Shown here: piece by piece, positions 38,470 to 46,120 of the stretch
Layout of the letters: each line of letters begins with the position of its first letter
Position numbering within the stretch: position 1 is the first letter of the stretch
From: Dehalococcoidia bacterium
Lineage (GTDB): Bacteria > Chloroflexota > Dehalococcoidia > UBA2979
Assembly (NCBI GenBank): GCA_964291495.2
Contig: OZ219871.1
Span: forward strand, 1,303,355-1,367,354
Length of the DNA: 64,000 bases
Direction of reading: 5' to 3'
Notes under the pieces: generated by a model
Databases searched by the model: none
What the model was told of the DNA's origin: nothing
Seen by the model: only the letters and a program-made list of their open reading frames with translations
Made by a program: the position numbers and the translations under genes

Positions 38470-39555
38470 ATGAAGGTAAGCGGCTGGACCACCCGCGTGC
38501 TTGAGGTCCCGGACGTCAATCCGCTCATCGTCGGCGTCGACCAGCCCGGTACGCGGGAGTTCGTCACGCTGGAGCTGGACACCGACGAGGGCGTGCAGGG
38601 CATCGGCATAACCTTCTTCGGCGGCCCGCTGACACCGGCGCTGCGCACGGCGGTCGACAACCTCTGCGAGCTGACGGTGGGCGAGGACCCGCTGCAGGTG
38701 GAAGCGGTCAGCGACAAGCTGTGGCTCGCGGCGGGCGGCGCCGGCCCCGAGGGCATCTTCACCCTCGCGCTGGCGGCGATCGACATCGCGCTCTGGGACA
38801 TCAAGGGCAAGGCGCTGAACCAGACGGTGTGCTCGCTGCTGGGCGGGCACCGCGACCGGGTGGTGACCTACGCCAGCGGCGCGCTGGGGCGTCCGATGAG
38901 CATCGAGTATCTGGCCGAGGCAGGCCCTCGGCTGGTGGACATGGGCTTCAGGCAGATGAAGACCCAGATGGGCGCCGAGCCGACCGCCCGGCGCGAGGTG
39001 GCCCGCATCCGCACGCTGCGCGACGCGATCGGCCCGGACATCGATCTGATGTGCGACATCAACCAGCTCTGGGACGTCAACCAGGCGATCGAGATCGGAT
39101 CGCGCGTGGAGGAGTACCACCTGTACTGGCTGGAGGACGTGGTCGTCCGCGACGACTACCAGGGCCTGGCGCGGGTGGCCGACGCGCTCACGACGCCGAT
39201 CGCCGCCGGAGAGTACGTCTACGGCATCCGCCCCTTCCGGCACATGCTGGAGCAGCGCTCGATCGACATCGTGATGGTCGACCTGCTGCGGGTGGGCGGG
39301 TTCACGCAGTTCCGCAAGGTGGCGGGCATGGCCGAGGCCTTCAACCTGCCCGTGGTCAGCCATTTGGTCCCCGAGCTGCAGGTGCACTCCATCGCTGCCG
39401 TGCCCAACGGGCTGACGGTGGAGTACATGCCCTGGACGCTGCGGCTCTACGAGGAAACCCCGGCCATCGAGGACGGGGAAATCGTGGTGCCGGACAAGCC
39501 GGGCCTGGGCCTCGCGTTCGACCGGGACGCCCTCGAGCGCTACCAGGTTGGCTAG
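38470..39555 (+). CDS. enolase-superfamily enzyme (mandelate racemase / muconate lactonizing family), second paralogue
   Basis: Internal ATG at 38470 (MKVSGWTTRVLEVP...). ALAAIDIALWDIKGKALNQTVCSLLGG, DINQLW, YWLEDV, AAGEYVY, DIVMVDLLRVGG. Confidence 0.88.
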   Translation: MKVSGWTTRVLEVPDVNPLIVGVDQPGTREFVTLELDTDEGVQGIGITFFGGPLTPALRTAVDNLCELTVGEDPLQVEAVSDKLWLAAGGAGPEGIFTLALAAIDIALWDIKGKALNQTVCSLLGGHRDRVVTYASGALGRPMSIEYLAEAGPRLVDMGFRQMKTQMGAEPTARREVARIRTLRDAIGPDIDLMCDINQLWDVNQAIEIGSRVEEYHLYWLEDVVVRDDYQGLARVADALTTPIAAGEYVYGIRPFRHMLEQRSIDIVMVDLLRVGGFTQFRKVAGMAEAFNLPVVSHLVPELQVHSIAAVPNGLTVEYMPWTLRLYEETPAIEDGEIVVPDKPGLGLAFDRDALERYQVG

Positions 39556-39562
39556 CGAGCGC

Positions 39563-39590
39563 TTGGCCCAAGAGGGCAATGTGCTAGAAT
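39563..39590 (+). promoter_or_regulatory. candidate sigma-70-type promoter of the rrf2-cysK-... operon
   Basis: TTGGCC (39563-39568), a 16-nt spacer, then TGC-TAGAAT (extended -10; TAGAAT at 39585-39590). It sits in a locally AT-rich 70-nt island (tgtgctagaatgttgagcaacttactcgacaatagc) 39 nt upstream of ATG 39629. Confidence 0.45.
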
Positions 39591-39628
39591 GTTGAGCAAC
39601 TTACTCGACAATAGCGGCGGTCGGGTCC

Positions 39629-40075
39629 ATGTGGCTGAGCAGGAAGGGCGACTACGGCGTTCGCGCGCTGATTGACCTCGCGCTCCACGACGGCGAGGGG
39701 CCGGTCCAGCGCGCGGGCATCGCCGATCGCCAGGAGATCCCGGAGTCCTACCTCGATCACCTGATGGCGCTGCTGCGCCGCGGCGGCTTCGTGCGCAGCG
39801 TGCGAGGCCCGGGCGGCGGCCACCTGCTGACCCGCCGCCCCGAGGAGATCTGCCTGCTCCACGTGATCGAGAGCCTCGAGGGCTCCGTCGCCCCGATTTC
39901 CTGCGTCGAGGATGGTGAGGAGTGCACCTACGACTGCGGTCTCTGCGCCCAGCGCCCCGTCTGGGAGGAGATCTACCAGGACATGCGCCGCCGCCTCGGC
40001 GCGGTCAGCATCGCCGACCTCGCGGAGCGCGCGCGGGCGCAGCAGCACGCCCGGGCCGCGCACTACTCGATCTGA
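39629..40075 (+). CDS. Rrf2-family transcriptional regulator (IscR/CymR-like) with four-Cys cluster
   Basis: MWLSRKGDYGVRALIDLAL..., wHTH IADRQEIPESYLDHLMALLRRGGFVRSVRGPGGGHLL, Cys cluster ISCVEDGEECTYDCGLC. Confidence 0.9.
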   Translation: MWLSRKGDYGVRALIDLALHDGEGPVQRAGIADRQEIPESYLDHLMALLRRGGFVRSVRGPGGGHLLTRRPEEICLLHVIESLEGSVAPISCVEDGEECTYDCGLCAQRPVWEEIYQDMRRRLGAVSIADLAERARAQQHARAAHYSI

Positions 40076-41028
40076 TGACGACGACCACGCACACCACGGA
40101 GGGTCGCCGCGCCCAGCCGGCGATCGCCGACTCCGTGCTCGACCTGATCGGCGGGACGCCGCTCGTGCGGTTGCACCGCGTCGTACCCGAGGGCTGCGCC
40201 GAGATCCTCGGCAAGCTCGAGTCGCGCAACCCGGCCGGTTCGGTCAAGGACCGGATCGCGCTGAGCATGATCGAGGACGCGGAGCGCGACGGCCTGATCG
40301 CGCCGGGCGACACGATCGTCGAGCCGACCTCGGGGAACACCGGCATCGGCCTCGCGATGGTCTGCGCGCGCAAGGGCTACGAGCTGATCCTGACGATGCC
40401 CGAGGACATGAGCGTCGAGCGGCGGCGCCTGCTCGAGCGCTTCGGAGCGGAGCTGCGGCTGACCCCGGCGATCGAGGGCATGACGGGCGCGGTCTACGCC
40501 GCCCGGCAGTTGTCCGAGGAGCACGGCTACTTTATGCCGCAGCAGTTCGACAACCTCGCCAACCCGCGCACCCACCGCGAGACCACGGGCCCCGAGATCA
40601 TCGAGGCCACCGGGGGCGAGCTCGACGCGTTCGTCGCCGGCGTCGGCACCGGCGGATCGATCACCGGCGTCGGCGAGGTGCTGCGTGAGGCCGGCGTGGG
40701 CGTGCGCATCGTCGCCGTCGAGCCGTCGCGGTCGCCCGTGCTGCAGGGCGGGCGCGCCGGGCTGCACGGCATCCAGGGCATCGGCGCCTCGTTCGTGCCG
40801 GGCGTGCTCAACCGCGAGGTCTACGACGAGGTGATCAGCGTCCGCGACGAGGACGCCTACACGATGGCGGAGCGGCTCACCCGCGAGGAAGGCCTGCTCG
40901 TCGGCATCTCCGCCGGCGGCAACGTCTGGGCCTCGATCGAGATCGGCAAGCGGCTGGGGCCGGACTGTCGCGTGGTGACGATGTTGTGCGACACCGGGGA
41001 GCGCTACCTGAGCGTGGCGCTCTCGTGA
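40075..41028 (+). CDS. cysK: cysteine synthase (CysK-type PLP enzyme)
   Basis: ATG at 40075 overlaps the rrf2 stop (ATGA). LIGGTPLVRL, ESRNPAGSVKDR, EPTSGNTGIGLAMV. Confidence 0.9.
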   Translation: MTTTTHTTEGRRAQPAIADSVLDLIGGTPLVRLHRVVPEGCAEILGKLESRNPAGSVKDRIALSMIEDAERDGLIAPGDTIVEPTSGNTGIGLAMVCARKGYELILTMPEDMSVERRRLLERFGAELRLTPAIEGMTGAVYAARQLSEEHGYFMPQQFDNLANPRTHRETTGPEIIEATGGELDAFVAGVGTGGSITGVGEVLREAGVGVRIVAVEPSRSPVLQGGRAGLHGIQGIGASFVPGVLNREVYDEVISVRDEDAYTMAERLTREEGLLVGISAGGNVWASIEIGKRLGPDCRVVTMLCDTGERYLSVALS

Positions 41029-41093
41029 GCGGCAAGCGACTGGGAACGGATCGAGAGCATATGACAGAGCGGCAGGAAGGACGGCGATCGGAG

Positions 41094-42212
41094 ATGGCGG
41101 TCAGCGTCTACATCCCACAGCCATTCCGCAGGTTCACGGCGAACCGCGAGTACGTCGAGGTGGACGGCGGCGACGTCGCGGGGGTCCTCGACGCGGTGAA
41201 CGCGCGCTACCCCGGCTTCGACATGCTGGTCTATGACCGCGAGCGCCGGGTGCCCGCGCACATCAACATCTACGTCAACAACCAGGAGATCCACGACCTC
41301 GACGGCATCTCGACGGCCGTCGGCGACGGCGACCAGGTCGCGGTCATCCCCGCGCTCGCGGGCGGCGCCGCGCCCAGCACGGCGCTCACCCCGGACGAGG
41401 CGATGCGCTACTCGCGGCACATCATCATGCCGCAGGTCGGCTCGATCGGGCAGCGCCAGCTGCGCAACGCGAAGGTGCTGATCGTCGGCGCGGGCGGCCT
41501 CGGCTCCCCGGTCGCGATCTACCTCGCGCTGGCCGGCGTCGGCACGATCGGCCTGGTCGACTTCGACGTGGTCGACCTCTCCAACCTGCAGCGCCAGCTG
41601 CTGCACCAGACCGAGGATGTCGGACGCACGAAGCTCGACTCGGCGGTGGACACGCTGCACGCCTACAACCCGCACGTGCGGGTCGTGACGCACCCTGCGC
41701 CGCTGCACTCGGAGAACGCGATGGAGATCATCGGGGACTACGAGATCATCGTGAACGGCGCGGACAACTTCGCGACGCGCTACCTGGTGAACGACGCCGC
41801 CTACCTGCTGGGCAAGACCCTGGTCGACGGCTCGATCCTGCTCTTCGACGGGCAGGCCACGGTGTTCAAGCCCGGCGAGGGCTGCTACCGCTGCCTTTAC
41901 CCCGCGCCGCCGCCTCCCGGCCTCGTGCCATCGTGCGCCGAGGCGGGCGTGCTCGGCGCGATCACCGGCATCGTCGGCTCGATCCAGGCGACCGAGGTGT
42001 TCAAGCAGGTGCTGGACATCGGCCGGCCACTCGTCGGGCGGCTGCTGCTGATCGACGCCTTGACCATGGAGTTCCGCGAGATGAAGCTGCGGCGCGACCC
42101 GGCTTGCCCGCTCTGCGGCGACGAGCCGACCGTGACGGAGCTCATCGACTACGACGCGTTCTGCGGCTCCCCACCGCTCGAGGCCCCGACGGCCAACGGC
42201 GGCGGACACTAG
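41094..42212 (+). CDS. fusion protein: CysO/MoaD-like ubiquitin-like sulfur-carrier domain (residues 1-91, ending AGG) plus MoeB/ThiF-type E1 adenylyltransferase
   Basis: MAVSVYIPQPFRRFT...ARYPGF...INIYVNNQEIHDLDGISTAVGDGDQVAVIPALAGG (GG encoded at 41361-41366) continues without a stop into AAPSTALTPDEAMRYSRHIIMPQVG...VLIVGAGGLGSP...SCAEAGVLG, with CYRC...CPLC zinc motifs. Alternative start at ATG 41061. Confidence 0.85.
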   Translation: MAVSVYIPQPFRRFTANREYVEVDGGDVAGVLDAVNARYPGFDMLVYDRERRVPAHINIYVNNQEIHDLDGISTAVGDGDQVAVIPALAGGAAPSTALTPDEAMRYSRHIIMPQVGSIGQRQLRNAKVLIVGAGGLGSPVAIYLALAGVGTIGLVDFDVVDLSNLQRQLLHQTEDVGRTKLDSAVDTLHAYNPHVRVVTHPAPLHSENAMEIIGDYEIIVNGADNFATRYLVNDAAYLLGKTLVDGSILLFDGQATVFKPGEGCYRCLYPAPPPPGLVPSCAEAGVLGAITGIVGSIQATEVFKQVLDIGRPLVGRLLLIDALTMEFREMKLRRDPACPLCGDEPTVTELIDYDAFCGSPPLEAPTANGGGH

Positions 42213-42252
42213 AGGCGCACGGACGTCCTCGGCGACTGGGAGGGAGCCGGCC

Positions 42253-42528
42253 TTGGAGGTGCGGGTCAACGTGACCTCGGTCATCCAGAAGACCGTCGGC
42301 GGGCAGCGCGCGCTGACCGCCGAGGGCGGCACCATCGCGGAGCTGATCGACGACATCGAGCGGCGCTATCCGGGCTTCCGCGACCAGCTCGTCGACGAGG
42401 GCGGGCAGCTGCACCGCTTCGTCAACGTCTACCTCAACGACGAGGATGTGCGCTTCATGGAGGGCGCCGCGACGGTCCTCAGCGAGGGCGACGAGGTGTC
42501 GATCCTCCCCGCGCTGGCCGGCGGCTAG
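42253..42528 (+). CDS. cysO: CysO-type ubiquitin-like sulfur carrier (carrier 3)
   Basis: 91 aa ending ...HRFVNVYLNDEDVRFMEGAATVLSEGDEVSILPALAGG-stop. TTG (or GTG 42259) start. 15 nt upstream of cysM. Confidence 0.9.
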   Translation: MEVRVNVTSVIQKTVGGQRALTAEGGTIAELIDDIERRYPGFRDQLVDEGGQLHRFVNVYLNDEDVRFMEGAATVLSEGDEVSILPALAGG

Positions 42529-42543
42529 CGGCGGAGCAGCATC

Positions 42544-43512
42544 GTGGGTGAGGCGGCAGCGCGGCAGACCGGGCGGACGCCCGCCGGCAGCGTGCTCGAC
42601 CGCATCGGCGGCACCCCGCTGGTCGACATCTCCGCGATGTCGCCCAACCCGGACGTCAGCATCTACGCCAAGCTCGAGGGCGAGAACCCGACCGGCTCGG
42701 TCAAGGATCGCATCGCCTGGTGGATGGTCTCGAGCGCCGAGCGCGACGGCCGCCTGGAGCCGGGCCAGACGATCCTCGAGCCGACCTCCGGTAACACTGG
42801 GATCTCGCTCGCCATGATCGGCCGCCTCCGCGGGTACCCGGTGAAGGTGGTCATGCCGGACGCCGTCACGCGCGAGCGCGTCCAGCTGCTCGAGAGCTTC
42901 GGCGCGGAGATCCTCTACTCGCCGGGCGACCTTGGCACCAACGGCTCGGTGCGCGAGGCGGAGCGCATCCACACCGAGCATCCCGAGTGGTTCATGCCCT
43001 TCCAGTACGAGAACGAGGACAACCCGCGCGCCCACTACGACAGCACCGCCCCCGAGATCATCGAGGATTTGCCGGACACCGACGTCTTCGTCGCCGGCCT
43101 CGGCACGGGCGGCACGCTGACCGGCGTCGGCCGGCGGCTCAAGGAGCACAACCCGGCCGTGCGTATCGTCGCCGCCGCCCCGCACCCGGGCGACCTCGTG
43201 CAGGGCCTGCGCAGCCTCGAGGAGGGCTACATCCCGCCCGTCCTCGACGAGTCCGTGCTCGACGGCCGGATCGTCGTTGACTCGGCGACCTCGTTCCGGC
43301 TGACGCGGGAGCTGACGGAGCGCACCGGCATCTTCGCGGGCGTCTCCAGCGGTGCGGCGGTGCGCGCCGCACAGCGCGCGGCGGAGCGGATGGCCGGTGG
43401 GAAGGTGGTCTGCCTGCTGGCGGACAGCGGCTGGAAGTACCTCTCCTCGGGCCTCTGGACGCAGGACTACGACGAGATCGAGGAGGACGTAAGCACGACG
43501 CTCTGGTGGTAG
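42544..43512 (+). CDS. cysM: CysM-type cysteine synthase (carrier-thiocarboxylate / O-phosphoserine-dependent type, by context)
   Basis: IGGTPLVDI, GENPTGSVKDR, EPTSGNTGISLAMI. GTG start. Confidence 0.88.
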   Translation: MGEAAARQTGRTPAGSVLDRIGGTPLVDISAMSPNPDVSIYAKLEGENPTGSVKDRIAWWMVSSAERDGRLEPGQTILEPTSGNTGISLAMIGRLRGYPVKVVMPDAVTRERVQLLESFGAEILYSPGDLGTNGSVREAERIHTEHPEWFMPFQYENEDNPRAHYDSTAPEIIEDLPDTDVFVAGLGTGGTLTGVGRRLKEHNPAVRIVAAAPHPGDLVQGLRSLEEGYIPPVLDESVLDGRIVVDSATSFRLTRELTERTGIFAGVSSGAAVRAAQRAAERMAGGKVVCLLADSGWKYLSSGLWTQDYDEIEEDVSTTLWW

Positions 43513-43561
43513 CCGGAGCGTGAACGACCGGCGGCAGGGCCGCCGGGAAGGGGGAAGCAGG

Positions 43562-44386
43562 ATGGCTGACAAGCTTGTCACCGCGGACTGGGTCGCCGAA
43601 CACGGCGGCGATGCGAACGTGCGCCTCGTCGAGGTGGACGTCGACACCGGCGCCTACGACGAGGGCCACATCGCCGGCGCCGTCGGCTGGAACTGGGCCA
43701 CGCAGCTGCAGGACCAGGTGCGCCGCGACGTGATCGCGAAGGACGACCTCGAGGAGCTCCTCGGCGCGTCCGGGATCGGCAACGACACGCACGTGGTGCT
43801 CTACGGCGACAACAACAACTGGTTCGCGGCCTACGCGCTGTGGCTGCTCGAGCTCCACGGCCACGAGCAGGTCTCGCTGATGGACGGCGGGCGCGTGAAG
43901 TGGATCGCCGACGGGCGTGAGATCACGACCGACGCGCCCTCGATCGGCCGCGCGAGCTACTCGGCGTCGGAGCAAGACGCGGGCCTGCGCGCGCAGCGCG
44001 ACGAGGTGCTCGCGGCAGTCGCGGCGCAGGCGCCGCAGCTGGTGGACGTGCGCAGCCCGGCCGAGTTCGTCGGCGAGATCATCGCGCCGCCCGGCCTGCC
44101 GGAGACGGCGCAGCGCGGCGGGCACATCCCGGGCGCGATCAACGTTCCCTGGGCGCGCGCCGTCAACGAGGACGGCACCTTCCGCAGCGCCGACGAGCTG
44201 CGCGAGATCTACGGCGGCGCCGGCGTCAGCGCGGGCGATCCGGCGATCGCCTACTGCCGCATCGGCGAGCGCTCCTCGCACACCTGGTTCGTGCTCAAGT
44301 ACCTGCTCGGCCACGAGGACGTGAAGAACTACGACGGCTCGTGGACCGAGTACGGCTCGCTCATCGGCGTGCCGATCGAGACCTAG
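43562..44386 (+). CDS. two-domain rhodanese (thiosulfate sulfurtransferase, SseA/CysA-like)
   Basis: Internal ATG at 43562 with GGGAAGGGGGAAG SD: MADKLVTADWVAEH...EGHIAGAV. Active-site loop YCRIGERSSHTWF. Confidence 0.88.
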   Translation: MADKLVTADWVAEHGGDANVRLVEVDVDTGAYDEGHIAGAVGWNWATQLQDQVRRDVIAKDDLEELLGASGIGNDTHVVLYGDNNNWFAAYALWLLELHGHEQVSLMDGGRVKWIADGREITTDAPSIGRASYSASEQDAGLRAQRDEVLAAVAAQAPQLVDVRSPAEFVGEIIAPPGLPETAQRGGHIPGAINVPWARAVNEDGTFRSADELREIYGGAGVSAGDPAIAYCRIGERSSHTWFVLKYLLGHEDVKNYDGSWTEYGSLIGVPIET

Positions 44387-44396
44387 CCCGGAGCCG

Positions 44397-44795
44397 GTGG
44401 CGGCGGGCGCGATGGCGGGAGGCAGCGAGGGCGGGCGCGGATCGCAGCGCGCGATCGTCGAGCGAGCGATCGCGCGCGGCGAGTACGGGCTGCTGACGCT
44501 GCGCTTCCGCACCTCCGTCCTCGACCGCTACCGCGAACGGGCGGACGCGCGGATGATCCGCACGCGCACGGTCGGCCGCATCGCGATCGTGCGCGGCTGG
44601 TCGATCGACGCGGGGATCGCGCCCGGCGAGGAGGAGATCGAGGTGTTCGCGTCGGACTTCGCCGAGCGTGTCCCCGAGGCTGAGCGCGCGCACTGGCTCG
44701 ACCACCTCGCGGTGCAGCCGTCGAGCGCGAACTTCGCGCTGATGCGGCTCAGCGGGAACGCCTGCATCGACGACGGCGAGCCGGAGGCCTGGTAG
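44397..44795 (+). CDS. hypothetical protein, unknown function, wedged between the rhodanese and JAMM genes
   Basis: Track ORF with GTG start (alternative ATG 44412). It starts 10 nt after the rhodanese stop and ends 2 nt before the JAMM start. GC3-rich. No family recognised. Confidence 0.6.
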   Translation: MAAGAMAGGSEGGRGSQRAIVERAIARGEYGLLTLRFRTSVLDRYRERADARMIRTRTVGRIAIVRGWSIDAGIAPGEEEIEVFASDFAERVPEAERAHWLDHLAVQPSSANFALMRLSGNACIDDGEPEAW

Positions 44796-44797
44796 CG

Positions 44798-45229
44798 GTG
44801 CCGCGGATTCCTCGAGCCATCGCCGACGCGATCATCGCGCACGCCCGAGAGGATCTGCCGAACGAGGCGTGCGGCCTGGTGCACGCGAAGGACGGCGAGC
44901 CGATCTCGGTGCACCGCGTCACCAACGTCGCCGCCAGCCCCTACCGCTTCGAGATGCACGGCATGGAGCAGATGCGGCTGGAGCAGCAGCGCGACGAGCG
45001 AGGCGAGACGCTGTTCGCGATCTACCACTCGCACGTCGCCTCCCCCGCCTACCCCTCGCAGACCGACGTGCGGATGGCGTTCTTCCCGCCCGGAGAGACG
45101 GACCGCGATCCGGCCTACCCGGGAACCTTCTACCTGCTCGTCTCGCTCGCCGAGGATCCGCCGCCGCTGCACACCTACTACATTCACAAGGGCGGCGTGA
45201 TCGAGGAGATCCCCGCCGAGATCGTCTGA
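44798..45229 (+). CDS. JAMM/MPN+ metalloprotease (Mec+/CysO hydrolase-like)
   Basis: NEACGLV (catalytic Glu) and HSHVASPAYPSQTD, an exact H-x-H-x7-S-x2-D JAMM motif. Confidence 0.9.
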   Translation: MPRIPRAIADAIIAHAREDLPNEACGLVHAKDGEPISVHRVTNVAASPYRFEMHGMEQMRLEQQRDERGETLFAIYHSHVASPAYPSQTDVRMAFFPPGETDRDPAYPGTFYLLVSLAEDPPPLHTYYIHKGGVIEEIPAEIV

Positions 45230-45247
45230 CCGTCCGGAGCGTCCTCG

Positions 45248-46120
45248 ATGCCGCCCGAACCATCCGCCTCGCCGCCCCCGCCGATCACGATCGGCGGACG
45301 CTGCTTCGAGTGGGGACGGCGCAGCTACGTGATGGGCATCGTCAACGCCACGCCCGACTCCTTCTCCGGCGACGGCGTCCTCGACCCCGCCGCCGCCGCC
45401 GGCCAGGCCGCGCGCATGGTCGGGGACGGCGCGGACCTGATCGACGTCGGCGCGGAGTCCACGCGGCCCGACCACGAGCCCCTCGACGCTGCCGGGGAGT
45501 GGGCGCGCCTCGCGCCCGTGCTGCGCGCCGTGCGCGAGGCAGTCGAGGCGCCGATCAGCGTCGACACCTCGAAGGCGCACGTCGCCGAGCGCGCCTTCGA
45601 CGCAGGCGCGGACGCACTCAACGACGTGCACGGCCTGCGCGCCGACCCCGCGCTCGCGCCGCTGCTCGCCGCGCGCGGGCTGCCCGCCGTGCTGATGCAC
45701 AACCAGCGCGGCCGCCCCGCCTCCGGCGACGTGATCGCCGACGTGCGCGCGGGCCTCGAGGAGTCGCTCGCGATCGCCGAGGCGGCGGGCGTGCGGCGCG
45801 AGCTGCTGATCCTCGATCCCGGCTTCGGGTTCGGGATCGGGCCGGCGCAGAGCCTCGAGCTCGTGCGCCGGCTCGGCGAGCTGCGCTGCTTCGGGCGGCC
45901 GCTGCTGCTGGGTAGCTCGCGCAAGTCCGCGATCGGCTGGGCGCTCGGGCGCGAGCAGGAGCCGGCCGCCTCGCGCGTCGCCGGGAGCGCCGCAACGGTG
46001 GCGCTCGCCATCGCCGCCGGGGCCGACATCGTGCGCGTCCACGACGTGCGCGAGATGGCGGACGTCGCGAGGGTCACGGACGCGGTCCTGCACGGGCGTC
46101 GCCGCGAGGAGCCGGCGTGA
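45248..46120 (+). CDS. folP: dihydropteroate synthase
   Basis: [36 protein letters not shown]. Confidence 0.93.
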   Translation: MPPEPSASPPPPITIGGRCFEWGRRSYVMGIVNATPDSFSGDGVLDPAAAAGQAARMVGDGADLIDVGAESTRPDHEPLDAAGEWARLAPVLRAVREAVEAPISVDTSKAHVAERAFDAGADALNDVHGLRADPALAPLLAARGLPAVLMHNQRGRPASGDVIADVRAGLEESLAIAEAAGVRRELLILDPGFGFGIGPAQSLELVRRLGELRCFGRPLLLGSSRKSAIGWALGREQEPAASRVAGSAATVALAIAAGADIVRVHDVREMADVARVTDAVLHGRRREEPA

